From Candidatus Shapirobacteria bacterium (GTDB taxonomy: Bacteria > Patescibacteriota > Microgenomatia > UBA12405): a stretch of DNA of 64,000 nucleotides. Of this stretch, positions 39,883 to 49,900 are shown in pieces. The position numbers were made by a program, and so were the translations under genes. The number at the start of each line of letters is the position of its first letter. The first letter of the stretch is position 1. The stretch spans positions 206,082 to 270,081 of the forward strand of contig JBAZYN010000002.1 in the NCBI GenBank assembly GCA_041659325.1, given 5' to 3'. The notes below the pieces were generated by a model. That model was not told the origin of the DNA. It saw only the letters and a list, made by a program, of their open reading frames with translations, and did no database searches.

Positions 39883-40914
39883 ATGGTAATGGCGGGATTG
39901 GTATTGGTGGGAATGGGGGTGGTTTCGATGTACAAGTTTATAAATAAGGATAGTTTGATTGGGGTAATAAATCAAAGTTTGCCGCCGCGGGAGGCGGGAT
40001 TGTTGGCCGGAATGCTTCTGGGGGATAGAAGTGGGTTTGAAAAAGATTTTTGGAAAGACTTAAAGGTGTCGGGAGTGGTGCATTTGGTGGTAGTGAGCGG
40101 GACAAATGTGGTGTTATTAAGCAGCTTATTGATTGAAAATTTGGCCCAATTTTTGGGGCGGAAAAAGACAATTGTGGGAGTATTGACTTTGGTATGGGGG
40201 TATGCCGGGATGGTAGGGTGGGAACCACCGGTAATCAGGGCAGTTTTGTTGGTCTCGATTTTATATTGGGCGCAACTTTTGGGAAGAAAATTCGATGTTT
40301 GGAGAAGTTTGATTTTGGTGGTAGCGATGATGGTGATTGCTGACCGGACAATGATTGGTGGGGTTAGTTTTTGGCTGTCGTTTCTGGCGTTTATTGGAGT
40401 AATAAGTCAATTACGAATTAACAATTACGAATTACGAATTAAAAATAAATATATATTAAATATGGTTGGTAATTTTATCACGACGGTGTGGGTGAGCTTG
40501 TGGATTACGCCGGTGATGGCAATGGTGTTTGGAAAAATTAGCCTGATATCGCCTTTTACAAATCTTTTGGTAATGTTTTTGGCGGAAACAGTATTTGTTG
40601 TGGGCGGAGTGGGGGTGGCGGCGGGGTTGATTTGGCCGTTTTTGGGCGAGGTGGTGTTGATATTAATTTTGCCCCTGTTGAAATATTTTGTAGTGATAAC
40701 GGAGTGGATGGGGAATATGAAATGGGCGAGTTTTGAAGTGAAATTTAATTGGTTGATGTTGGCGGGGTGGTATTTGATTTTGGGGTGGTTTTTGTTAAGA
40801 AGAAAGGGCGGACACGCCGGTCCGCCCGTACAGAAAATCGTGGGGGCGGGCCCAATTGATGCGCCCCCACAGAATAATGTAGGGGTCGACCGGGGTGTCG
40901 ACCCAAAAGGATAA
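39883..40914 (+). CDS. comEC: ComEC membrane (Competence) domain with a repeat-derived C-terminal tail
   Basis: GMLLGDRS, SGVVHLVVVSGTNV, PPVIRA, SFWLSF; start position approximate. Confidence 0.88.
   Translation: MVMAGLVLVGMGVVSMYKFINKDSLIGVINQSLPPREAGLLAGMLLGDRSGFEKDFWKDLKVSGVVHLVVVSGTNVVLLSSLLIENLAQFLGRKKTIVGVLTLVWGYAGMVGWEPPVIRAVLLVSILYWAQLLGRKFDVWRSLILVVAMMVIADRTMIGGVSFWLSFLAFIGVISQLRINNYELRIKNKYILNMVGNFITTVWVSLWITPVMAMVFGKISLISPFTNLLVMFLAETVFVVGGVGVAAGLIWPFLGEVVLILILPLLKYFVVITEWMGNMKWASFEVKFNWLMLAGWYLILGWFLLRRKGGHAGPPVQKIVGAGPIDAPPQNNVGVDRGVDPKG
40408..40441 (+). repeat. AATTACG heptamer array in frame in comEC (QLRINNYELRI)
   Basis: caattac gaattaa caattac gaattac gaatta. Confidence 0.85.
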
Positions 40915-41615
40915 AAATGATATTTGGAAATAGAAAATCAATTAGATTGAAGGGATATGATTATTCGATGGGTGGGTATTATTTCGTGACGATATGTACG
41001 CAGGATAGGCGATGTTTATTTAGGGCGGACACCCGCCAGAGGCGGGTAGGCGTCGTCCGTCCGTACACGGAAATAAATGATATTGGAATTATGATGGATT
41101 ATTGGTGGAACGAATTGTCTAATCATTTTGATAATAAAATTAATTTGGATGAATACGTGATTATGCCTAATCATATACACGGAATAATTGTGATTAAAAA
41201 TATTAATAAGGGCGGACACGCCGGTCCGCCCGTACAGAAAATCGTAGGGGCAGGCCGATGTGCCTGCCCAAATGATCCGCCCGTACAGAAAATGGTAGGG
41301 GTCGACCGATGTGTCGAACCAAATGATGCACCCGTACAGAAAATTCCCATTAAATTAGGAGATGTTATTCGATGGTTTAAAACAATAACCACCAATGAAT
41401 ATATTAAGGAAAGAACATTAAACAATTGGCCGAAATTTGATAAGCGAATTTGGCAAAGAAATTATTATGAAAGGATTATCAGAAATGAAAAAGAATATAT
41501 AAAGGTCAAGAATTATATTAAGGCAAACATGTCTACCGGTGGGCAGGTTTTGTGACAATATGTACGCAGGATAGGCGATGTTTATTTAGGGCGGACACAC
41601 CGGTCCGCCCGTACA
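40806..41615. repeat. REP cluster flanking and inside the RAYT gene
   Basis: gggcggacac(g/a)ccggtccgcccgtaca at 40806, 41210 and 41589; interrupted copy 41023-41067; inverted GTAG-type copies at 40878-40904, about 41244 and about 41295. Confidence 0.9.
40917..41555 (+). mobile_element. REP-associated tyrosine transposase (RAYT, IS200-like HUH Y1)
   Basis: RKSIRLKGYDYS..GYYFVTICT, YVIMPNHIHGII (HUH), WQRNYYERIIRNEKEY....NYI; surrounded by REPs. Confidence 0.9.
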
Positions 41616-41631
41616 AAATTAGGAATAATTT

Positions 41632-42450
41632 ATGAAAATTAAAATATTATTAGTAGTTAGCCTGATAGGGCTGGGAATTTGGTGGTGGGTTAACAGGCCA
41701 AACAATAATTTTAAAATGGTGTTTTGTGATGTCGGTCAGGGGGATGCGGCACTGGTGGTTTATGGTAATTTCCAGATGCTTATAGATGCAGGTCCCGAGA
41801 ACAGAAAGGTATTGAATTGTTTGGAGGATAATTTGCCGTTTGGGGATAAGCAACTGGAGTTAGCGGTAATAACCCACTGGGATTTGGACCACGCCGGTGG
41901 TATAAGAGATGTTTTGAATTATTACAAGATTGAAAAAGTGTTTTCCGGCACTAAACCGGAAGCGGGTTTTGAACAAATAAATTATACAGGTAATTTAAAG
42001 AGCGGTGATGTCATCAAATATGGATTGATGAGTTTTGAAATACTGTCAACGGAGGGAGTTGAGGGAAAAGGAGAGGATGAGGATAACGCTAATTCGGTGG
42101 TTGGGGTGTTAAGTTATAAGGACTATGTGTTTTTCATGATGGGAGATGCGCCGTTGGTAGTGGAGCAAAGACTGGTGTGGAGACAGATAGTCGAAAAGTC
42201 TCAAAGTCTTAAAGCCTCAAAGTCTGAAAATCTGAAAGTAGTATTAAAGGTGAGTCACCATGGGTCGGATACGGCTACGGGCGAGGAATTGTTGGAAGCG
42301 GTAAAGCCGAATATGGCGGTAGTTAGTGTGGGAAAAAATAATTTTGGGCATCCGGCGGAGGAGGTGATAAAAAGGCTTAACGAGAGGGGGATACAGATAT
42401 TAAGAACTGATATGATGGGGGAGATAGAGTTTGTAATCAGTAATCAGTAA
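41632..42450 (+). CDS. ComEC-type metallo-beta-lactamase nuclease domain (separate gene)
   Basis: DVGQGDA, LIDAG, THWDLDHAGG, N.NSVV, GDA, KVSHHGS, SVGKNNFGHP, LRTD..G.I. Confidence 0.9.
   Translation: MKIKILLVVSLIGLGIWWWVNRPNNNFKMVFCDVGQGDAALVVYGNFQMLIDAGPENRKVLNCLEDNLPFGDKQLELAVITHWDLDHAGGIRDVLNYYKIEKVFSGTKPEAGFEQINYTGNLKSGDVIKYGLMSFEILSTEGVEGKGEDEDNANSVVGVLSYKDYVFFMMGDAPLVVEQRLVWRQIVEKSQSLKASKSENLKVVLKVSHHGSDTATGEELLEAVKPNMAVVSVGKNNFGHPAEEVIKRLNERGIQILRTDMMGEIEFVISNQ
42189..42239 (+). repeat. Family A array in frame in the ComEC-MBL gene (VEKSQSLKASKSENLK)
   Basis: agtcgaaaagtctcaaagtcttaaagcctcaaagtctgaaaatctgaaagt. Confidence 0.8.
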
Positions 42451-42474
42451 TCAGTAATCAGTAATCTGTAATCT
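42433..42474. repeat. GTAAT heptamer array providing the last codons and stop of the MBL gene
   Basis: (gtaatca)x4 (gtaatct)x2; the ORF ends VISNQ* inside it. Confidence 0.88.
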
Positions 42475-42531
42475 GGTATGGAGTGTAAATCTGCAGGCAT
42501 GGGCGGAGCGATGCAATAAGGGGAGATTAGG

Positions 42532-43515
42532 TTAATTCTCTTGGTTAATTTCAGAGAAAATGGTGGCGGAGGTTTGTTTGATGAAACTGGCGAGCTTGGT
42601 AAAATCTTGACCGCGGGTCATAATACAAAGAAGATATTGTTTTTGGGGGAGATGGACAATGCCACAATCATGAAGTTGCTTTTCTTCGATATCAAGAAAC
42701 TGTCTTTCGCCAAATTTGTGGGAAACTTCTATGTTGGTTGGAGTGCCACCGACAATCCCAAGGTTAAAATTAGATTGAGTGAGCAGCTTTAGGGCTTTTT
42801 CTGACATATTTTTGTTGAGATACGAAGAGTTATAAAGGACGCGAAAGAAAGAAGCGTAATCCTTGACGGAGAGAATATTACCGGCCGGATTGCCGGATTG
42901 TTTTGTCTGAATATCAATACTCATATCGTTGTAAACCTGAAAGACGAAACGACCGTCGATGTTTTTGAGGAGAAGTTCGTAGGCGAGATTGTCGGAGTAG
43001 GTGATCATGATGTCGATGAGTTCATCGACAGAATAAGACCGGTTGGGGGTTAGGGTGACTTCGGGGATGATATTTTGGGAATTGGAGGCATCATCAACTT
43101 GCGTGTTGGTAATTTTTTGTTCCAGGATAGTGGGGTCAGTTTCGGCTTGTTTGTAGTAAGCGATCATTAGGGGGACCTTGATAAGACTAGCCGGGGAAAA
43201 ATCATCTTTTTCATTGATACCAAACCAGGGGCCGTTGTTGAGATCCCGAAAGTAAACAGAGGCGTAGGAGATATTACCGGTTTTAGTCTCGGTTGAGATG
43301 GCGTTTTTTATTTGGTCGCGGAGGTGGTTTAGGTTGGTGGCGTTGCTTAAATTAACAGAGTCGCATTCCAGCAGGGGATTGGTGTATTGATAACTGCCCT
43401 TAAGGCGGATTTCTTTGACGAGAGAATTGCCCGGAGGGGAGATGATATAGCCGACGGCAAAGGAAACAATAATCATAATTGCTTTTGGGTAATGTCGACG
43501 GATAAATGTTTTCAT
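42532..43515 (-). CDS. Serine hydrolase of the class A beta-lactamase-like (Beta-lactamase2) family
   Basis: N-terminal TM; PASLIK (SxxK), YSDN, HKFG, HDCGIV. Confidence 0.88.
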   Translation of the reverse strand: MKTFIRRHYPKAIMIIVSFAVGYIISPPGNSLVKEIRLKGSYQYTNPLLECDSVNLSNATNLNHLRDQIKNAISTETKTGNISYASVYFRDLNNGPWFGINEKDDFSPASLIKVPLMIAYYKQAETDPTILEQKITNTQVDDASNSQNIIPEVTLTPNRSYSVDELIDIMITYSDNLAYELLLKNIDGRFVFQVYNDMSIDIQTKQSGNPAGNILSVKDYASFFRVLYNSSYLNKNMSEKALKLLTQSNFNLGIVGGTPTNIEVSHKFGERQFLDIEEKQLHDCGIVHLPQKQYLLCIMTRGQDFTKLASFIKQTSATIFSEINQEN

Positions 43516-43668
43516 GGCACTCTTGTCTAGTATATAGGTGAGGGTTGGGTTTTATTAATAGTAAAGTGCATGTAGAGCAAGTAATAGATAATGTAGAATA
43601 AATGGTAAATAAAGATGCAGTAGTATCTAGCGCTTGCAATGGATAAAGTGGATGTATAGACTGAATTA

Positions 43669-43968
43669 GTGGACAAGTGGAGACAGAGAATTCATAGATT
43701 AAGTATGAACCAACTAAAAGCGTTGGGGGTGTTGGCGGCGAGTAAAAACGGGATTGTGGAAGCATTGGAATCATCGGGTAATTTGCGTTTATACGGAAAA
43801 GCGTTGGGAGGAGTATTTTCGTCGCTGTCGCGACAAGTTTTGAACGGTCAGCATTTGATCGAGGCCTGGGGTCGTGTCGAACGCGGTAGGGGGTTGAGGT
43901 GGAAGCTGAACTTGGAAGCAATTAGTCAGCGGGAATTGAAAAAAGCGGTAGAGGAGGTACTGGGGTGA
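43669..43968 (+). CDS. Small basic hypothetical protein, possibly winged-helix
   Basis: 99-aa ORF overlapping the next start (GTGA); helix-helix-hairpin-like pattern. Confidence 0.6.
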   Translation: MDKWRQRIHRLSMNQLKALGVLAASKNGIVEALESSGNLRLYGKALGGVFSSLSRQVLNGQHLIEAWGRVERGRGLRWKLNLEAISQRELKKAVEEVLG

Positions 43969-46900
43969 AATTTATCAATTACGAATTACGAATTACTAAT
44001 TACGAATTTAAAAAAATAGTAATTGTTCTGGTTTTGTGGGCGGTGGGATTGGGGGTGGGGTTAATTGGTGGGAATTATTGGTGGAATAATCGAAATGAGG
44101 TGTCGGCGGCAGACAGGGTGTTGACGACAACGGCAGATTTTGACGGGGGAAGATATATGAACATGGAGGCGGATTCAAAACAGGGGCAGCTTAAGTTAAA
44201 GGCTGACGGCTCCTGGGGGCCGAGAGTTTTTACGGTGCCCAACGTTAATTTGGGAAATGAGTCGCCGATAGCTTCGGATGGAAATTATATATATGTGATA
44301 GCTAGTGCGGATAATTATTTTGCCAGGTATATACCGGCGGAGGATAAATGGGAAACTTTGGCATCGGCACCTCACTATGCATATCCCGGTTCGGATATGG
44401 TGGTTTTGGGTGATTATGTATATGCGGTCTTTGGGGGATACCAGCGGGAGTTTAGCCGATATTCGATTGTCAATGACACCTGGGAGGAGATGGCAATGCT
44501 ACTGGATATAACATATGGAGGGACATCGCTGTCAACTGATGGGAATGAGATTTATTGTCTGCGGGGACATAATACGAATGATTTTTGGAAATATGATGTG
44601 CAAGCGGACAGGTGGACTCCGATTGGTAGTACTCCTTTGACGATCAGGTATGGAGCTGATTTGTCATATAGCAGTGAAACCAATAAAATGTATACCCCGA
44701 GGGGTAATAGTTCAAACGTTTTTTATATATATGATTTGGGAACAAGTATCTGGTCGATAGGACCAACATTGCCGGAGACGATGACCGAGGATAGCAACAG
44801 CGATATTGGCGGAACCGTGATTTATGTGCCCAGAGGAATCGGGACAAGTACTTTTTGGGCATTTAACGTGGGAACTACGCAGTGGAGTATTTTAACGGGA
44901 ACTCCCCAGATAACCAGATATGTGGGAGCGGTTTATAATGCGGCGGAAGACAAGGTTTATGTATTTAGGGGCAACGGAACCCCCGACTTTTGGAAATATG
45001 ACCCGGGGGCCAATAGCTTTCCGGGACCAACAGATTTGCCGGCGGCACCGGGGACGGGGTCGGATTTGATATATTCCGATGGATATTGGTATTACAATCG
45101 CGGAGGGACGACGGCAATGTATAGGTATAATGGGGCAGTGGGAGCGACTTGGCAGACAATGGCGGTGGGCTCATCGGTATTTTCGTCGGATACAAAAGGG
45201 GTAGCGGTAAATGGACTATTATATTATCTTCAGGGAGGTGGGGCAAGAAACTTTTTCAGCTTTAGTCCATCGGTGGGGGTGGGAGGAAGCTGGGGGACTT
45301 TGGCGACAATACCGGCGGCGATAGCACCAAATTATGGGGCGGGATTGGCATACCCAGGGAGCGGTGATTATATTTATGCTACCCGGGGAGTCGGAACCAG
45401 AACGTTTATGAGATATGATATGCCCGGCAATGTTTGGAGTGATGTTGGAGTGACGGATTTACCGGATGATGCAGAGGCGGGATATGGGTCGCGGATTATT
45501 GGAGTGGGAACGACGGAATTGTTTTATATTGCCGGAAACGGGGTTGCAAAATTTTTAAAATACAATATTACCAGTGATGCCTGGACGGTGTTGGGAAATT
45601 TGCCATTCTCTCCGTATTATGGGACAGATATGACATATTATGGTGGAAAGATGTATTTCCAGGCGGGATACTACAAGAGGGATATTTGGGAATATACGTT
45701 GGCAACAGGTGAGTGGAGACGTCTGGCGGATATTTCCGGATACAATGCGTCTGATAGCGGGCCTTATAACGGAGGATCGTTGGAGTCGGACGGGGCAGGG
45801 AATTTGTATTCGATTAATGGGGCGAATGTTTTGTGGATCAGAAGTTACTCGATAGGGAGCAGTAGGTATCCGGGTGGGGGGAGTTGGAATTCCGGGACAA
45901 TTGATTTGGAATATGCGGCGGGTTGGTCGGGAATAAATGTGGGAAAGACAACCCCCGGTGATTCGTCGGTGTCGGTGTATACCAGAAGTAGTAGTAACCA
46001 GACTAGTTGGTCGCCATGGCAGGAGGCGGTGGGGATGGGGATCTCCAGCCCCATAAATAGATACCTACAAATAGGAGTTTCGATGCATTCTTCAAGCGGG
46101 GGGAGTGAGACACCAATAATTAATGATATTACGGTGAGTTATATTGGGGATACCGGAGTGCCGACTAATCCGACGTCGATTAGCGGTTTGTCACAGCAGG
46201 TCGCCGGAGTAGGATTAACTTCCGGGCAGAGCTATTCTTATAACCAACCGTATTTTGATTGGAGTGGGGGGGGAGACACAGAAACATCGGTGGCAGGGTA
46301 TTATGTGTATTTTGGGACCGGAACAACGGCGACGGTCGACCCGGCGATCAGCGGCAGCTATCAGACGGACTCTAGCTATTTGGTAACAATGCCGATGCAA
46401 ACCGGGACTTATAGTTTGTTGATTAAAACAAAAGATCTGGGCGGGAATGTAAGCAATACTTGGCAGGCATTTGTGTATGTTTATAACGGAGTATCTCCTT
46501 TTATAAGTTTTGCTCAAGCGTCGACGCCTGAATTTTCGATAGGGACAACGGCGGGGGTGGATATTAGCAATAATAGAATCAGACTGATGGGGACAAGTGG
46601 GTTTTGGGAACAGGAGAGGTTGAGCTTGTTACAGGCTAATGTTACGGTTGGTAACGGGGGCGATGTGGCGGTAATGGGTAACAAGCTTTATATTATGAGA
46701 GGTAACGGAGGAAAGGAATTTTCTATTTATGATTTGTCTACCGATGTAGTATCGGTGGGACCGACAATGCCGGCAACGGTGGCGGCCGGAGGAGCTTTGG
46801 TAGAAGGACCGCCTGGGTATTTGTATGCTATGAGAGGAGGAGGGACATCGACTTTTTGGAGGTATGACATTGGGGCTAGTCTGTGGTCTGATGCTTTGGC

Positions 46901-49900
46901 GATGGATACACTGCAACAGACGAATTCGGGAGCGGCAATGGTGTATGACGAGGGAAATTATATTTATGCACTGAAGGGGAACGGAGACGATACTTTTATG
47001 AGATATGATGCTTCAATTGATAACTGGGAAGTGATGGCAAACAACGTTGTTTTTGGAGCACCAGAAAATCAGGCCGATAATTTAGTGAACTTAGGAGGGG
47101 ACTTGGCTTATGACGTGGGGACTAGCAGGGTTTATGCGATTCAGGGAAATTTAAGAACGGGGTTTGCTGTTTATGATGTCAATGCGGATTCGTGGTCTCA
47201 GCTACCAAATTTGCCGGCATTATCTTATTATGGGGCGAGGATCGAGTATGACTCGGGGACCGGGGCAGTGTTTTATATCCCCGGATGGGATAAACCATTT
47301 TTGTATAAGTATGATGTGGGGGAACAGGTTTGGACAAAGATATCAGACGCGCCGGCGGGGTTGGGATATGGGGCTAATTTGAGAAAGGTAGGAGGGTATC
47401 TTTATGTGACCCGAGGGGCATCGACAACGACGATATACAAGTATAATATTGCCAAAAATTCCTGGGTAGTGCCGAGTTGGAATCTATTTGGGGGTTGGTG
47501 GAGGGGGTCGGATAGCCGGACTTTTGCTGATGGGGCTGACATAATTCGGGGGGATGGAAACAATATGTATATTTTCAGGGGAAATTATGACAATTTGTTT
47601 GTAAAATATAATGCGACCACGGGTGAGGTGACAAAATTGACGGATGTTCCAGCCGGGATATTTAGGGGGTCAGAATTGGTGTATGATAGCGTAAATAATA
47701 AAATTTATGCCTCAACCAGTATCTATGATAAAAAGTTTATGGTTTATGACATAGCGACTGATGAGTGGTCTCAGGTGGTGGGAAGCGGGGGAACAATGCC
47801 CACCGATGCCGGGGAGGGATCATCTCTGGTGTTTGACGGGAGTGAATATATTTATCGGTTGAGGGGTGGCAATACGCAGACATTTCACAAATTTAGCGTG
47901 AATACCGGCTTGTGGTCGACACTGCCTAATACGCCGAGGGCGATGCAGTATGGGTCGGATTTGGAGATATACAACAGTAATTATTATGCTACCCGAGGAG
48001 CCGGAACGACTGAATTTTTTATGTTTAATCCAACTTTGGGGGTGTGGTCTTCGTCGCCGGCGATTGCCAGATTGCCGACGGGGATGACCTTTAATTATGA
48101 TGGGTTTTTGGTGAAAGGAGCGAGTGATAAAATGTATGGCTGTCGGGGAGGAAATACGGCTGATTGTTTTGTGTATTCGGTAATAAGTAATACCTGGACA
48201 TATATCGGGACAAGTATGCCGGCAAATTTAACCTACGGAGGAGCGGGGGCGATAAACCAAACCGGGGATAAAATGTATGTAATTGCCGGGGCGGGAACGA
48301 ATACCTATAGCAATGGACTCTATTCCTATGTGATTTCGACCGATAATTCATCGGTGGGTGAAAGCGGAACTTTTATATCGGGGGCTCATGATTTGGGAGA
48401 AGTGTTTAGGTATGCCAATTTAGAGGTGGGTTATAGTGCGGCGCCAAATACAACACTTATGGTATGGACGAGGACTTCTGACGATGGAGTAGGGTGGGGC
48501 AGTTGGGTGCAGGCATCATCGGAAAAACAGATTGGGAGTGATTTTTATTATCGAATTGGATCGACGGCGAAGCGGTATATTCAGGTTCGGTTTGATTTGG
48601 CCTCGGGAGACAAGATGTATTCGGGAACAATATATGACTATAAAATTAATTATTATCAGGATTCGGCCCCGCCAACCAATCCGACAATAATATCGGCTTT
48701 TGATAACGGCGGAATGGGGTCAACTTTGGTGTCGGGGACTTTTTATGCTACAACCGCCCCTTATTTTGATTGGCCGGGGGTGGGAGAAACCGGAGCGGCG
48801 GGTGATGGTAACGGTGGGTCTGGAGTAAATGGGTACTATGTTTATTTTGGCTTGGGAGAGACGGCTAATCCGGTATCCGGAGCCGGAACAACTTATACAA
48901 TAGCAACAGCGCATACCGGAACAGGAATGACAACGGGCAACCTGTATTATTTAAGACTTAAAGCAAAAGATGAGGCGGGGAATGTGGCCAGTGAGGTGGG
49001 GACGACATTTGTGTTTGGTTATGATGGGTCACCACCAACTAATCCGACAACGATTACAGCCGATCCACCGGGATACACGGCAACAAATAGTTTTGCTTTT
49101 TCTTGGAGTGGGGCCGGTGATACCGGGGCGGGGGTAGAAGGATATTATTATAAAACCGGTTCGGTAGGGGCGACAGAAGTCTTTACCACTGACTCAAATG
49201 TGGCGGGGATAGCAGCTTACCAAACAGGGACAAATACTTTTTATGTGAGGACAAAGGACTTGGCAGGAAATGTGTCGGAATATACCACTTCGTCATATTA
49301 TTGGAGCTCGACGGCGCCGGGAGCGCCGAGGGATTTAAGACTGACTTATCCTGATGTGGGGACAAGTAATACGGTTAATGAGTTTGCATTTGCCTGGTCG
49401 AGCCCGGATCCGGAAACGTATTTTGGGCAATTAAGCGGGCTGCGGTATTATTATTCGTTTAATGAAACGCCATCGGTAAGCAATGTTAATGAGGTTGGAT
49501 TAGCGGTGACTTATCTGTCGAAAGGGGCATATGCAACGCGTAGAGATACAAACACTTTATACGTGGTGGCGATGGATGAAGCAGGAAATATTGACTATAG
49601 AAATCGTGCCTCAATAGATTTTGAGGCATCAACTTCAGCACCGGGGACACCGGGAGATATTGATATTTCTGATGTGTCAATAAAAGAAAGCAGTGCCTGG
49701 AGATTGGCGCTGACTTGGGATACGCCGGTGGCAACCGGGTCGGGGGTATCAATGTATAAGGTTTATAGATCGACAACGACAGGAGCAGTTTGTACCAGTG
49801 ATTTTTCAGACTTTGAATATGCGTCGTCAACAACAGGGGTATCTTATGTGGATATCGGCCTAACTCAGGTGAAATATTATTATTGTGTGAAAGCCTGTGA

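Noticed and set aside
42532-43515. Bona fide antibiotic-resistance beta-lactamase
   Set aside because: HKFG instead of KTG and no clear Omega-loop ExxLN; only family-level assignment is supportable.
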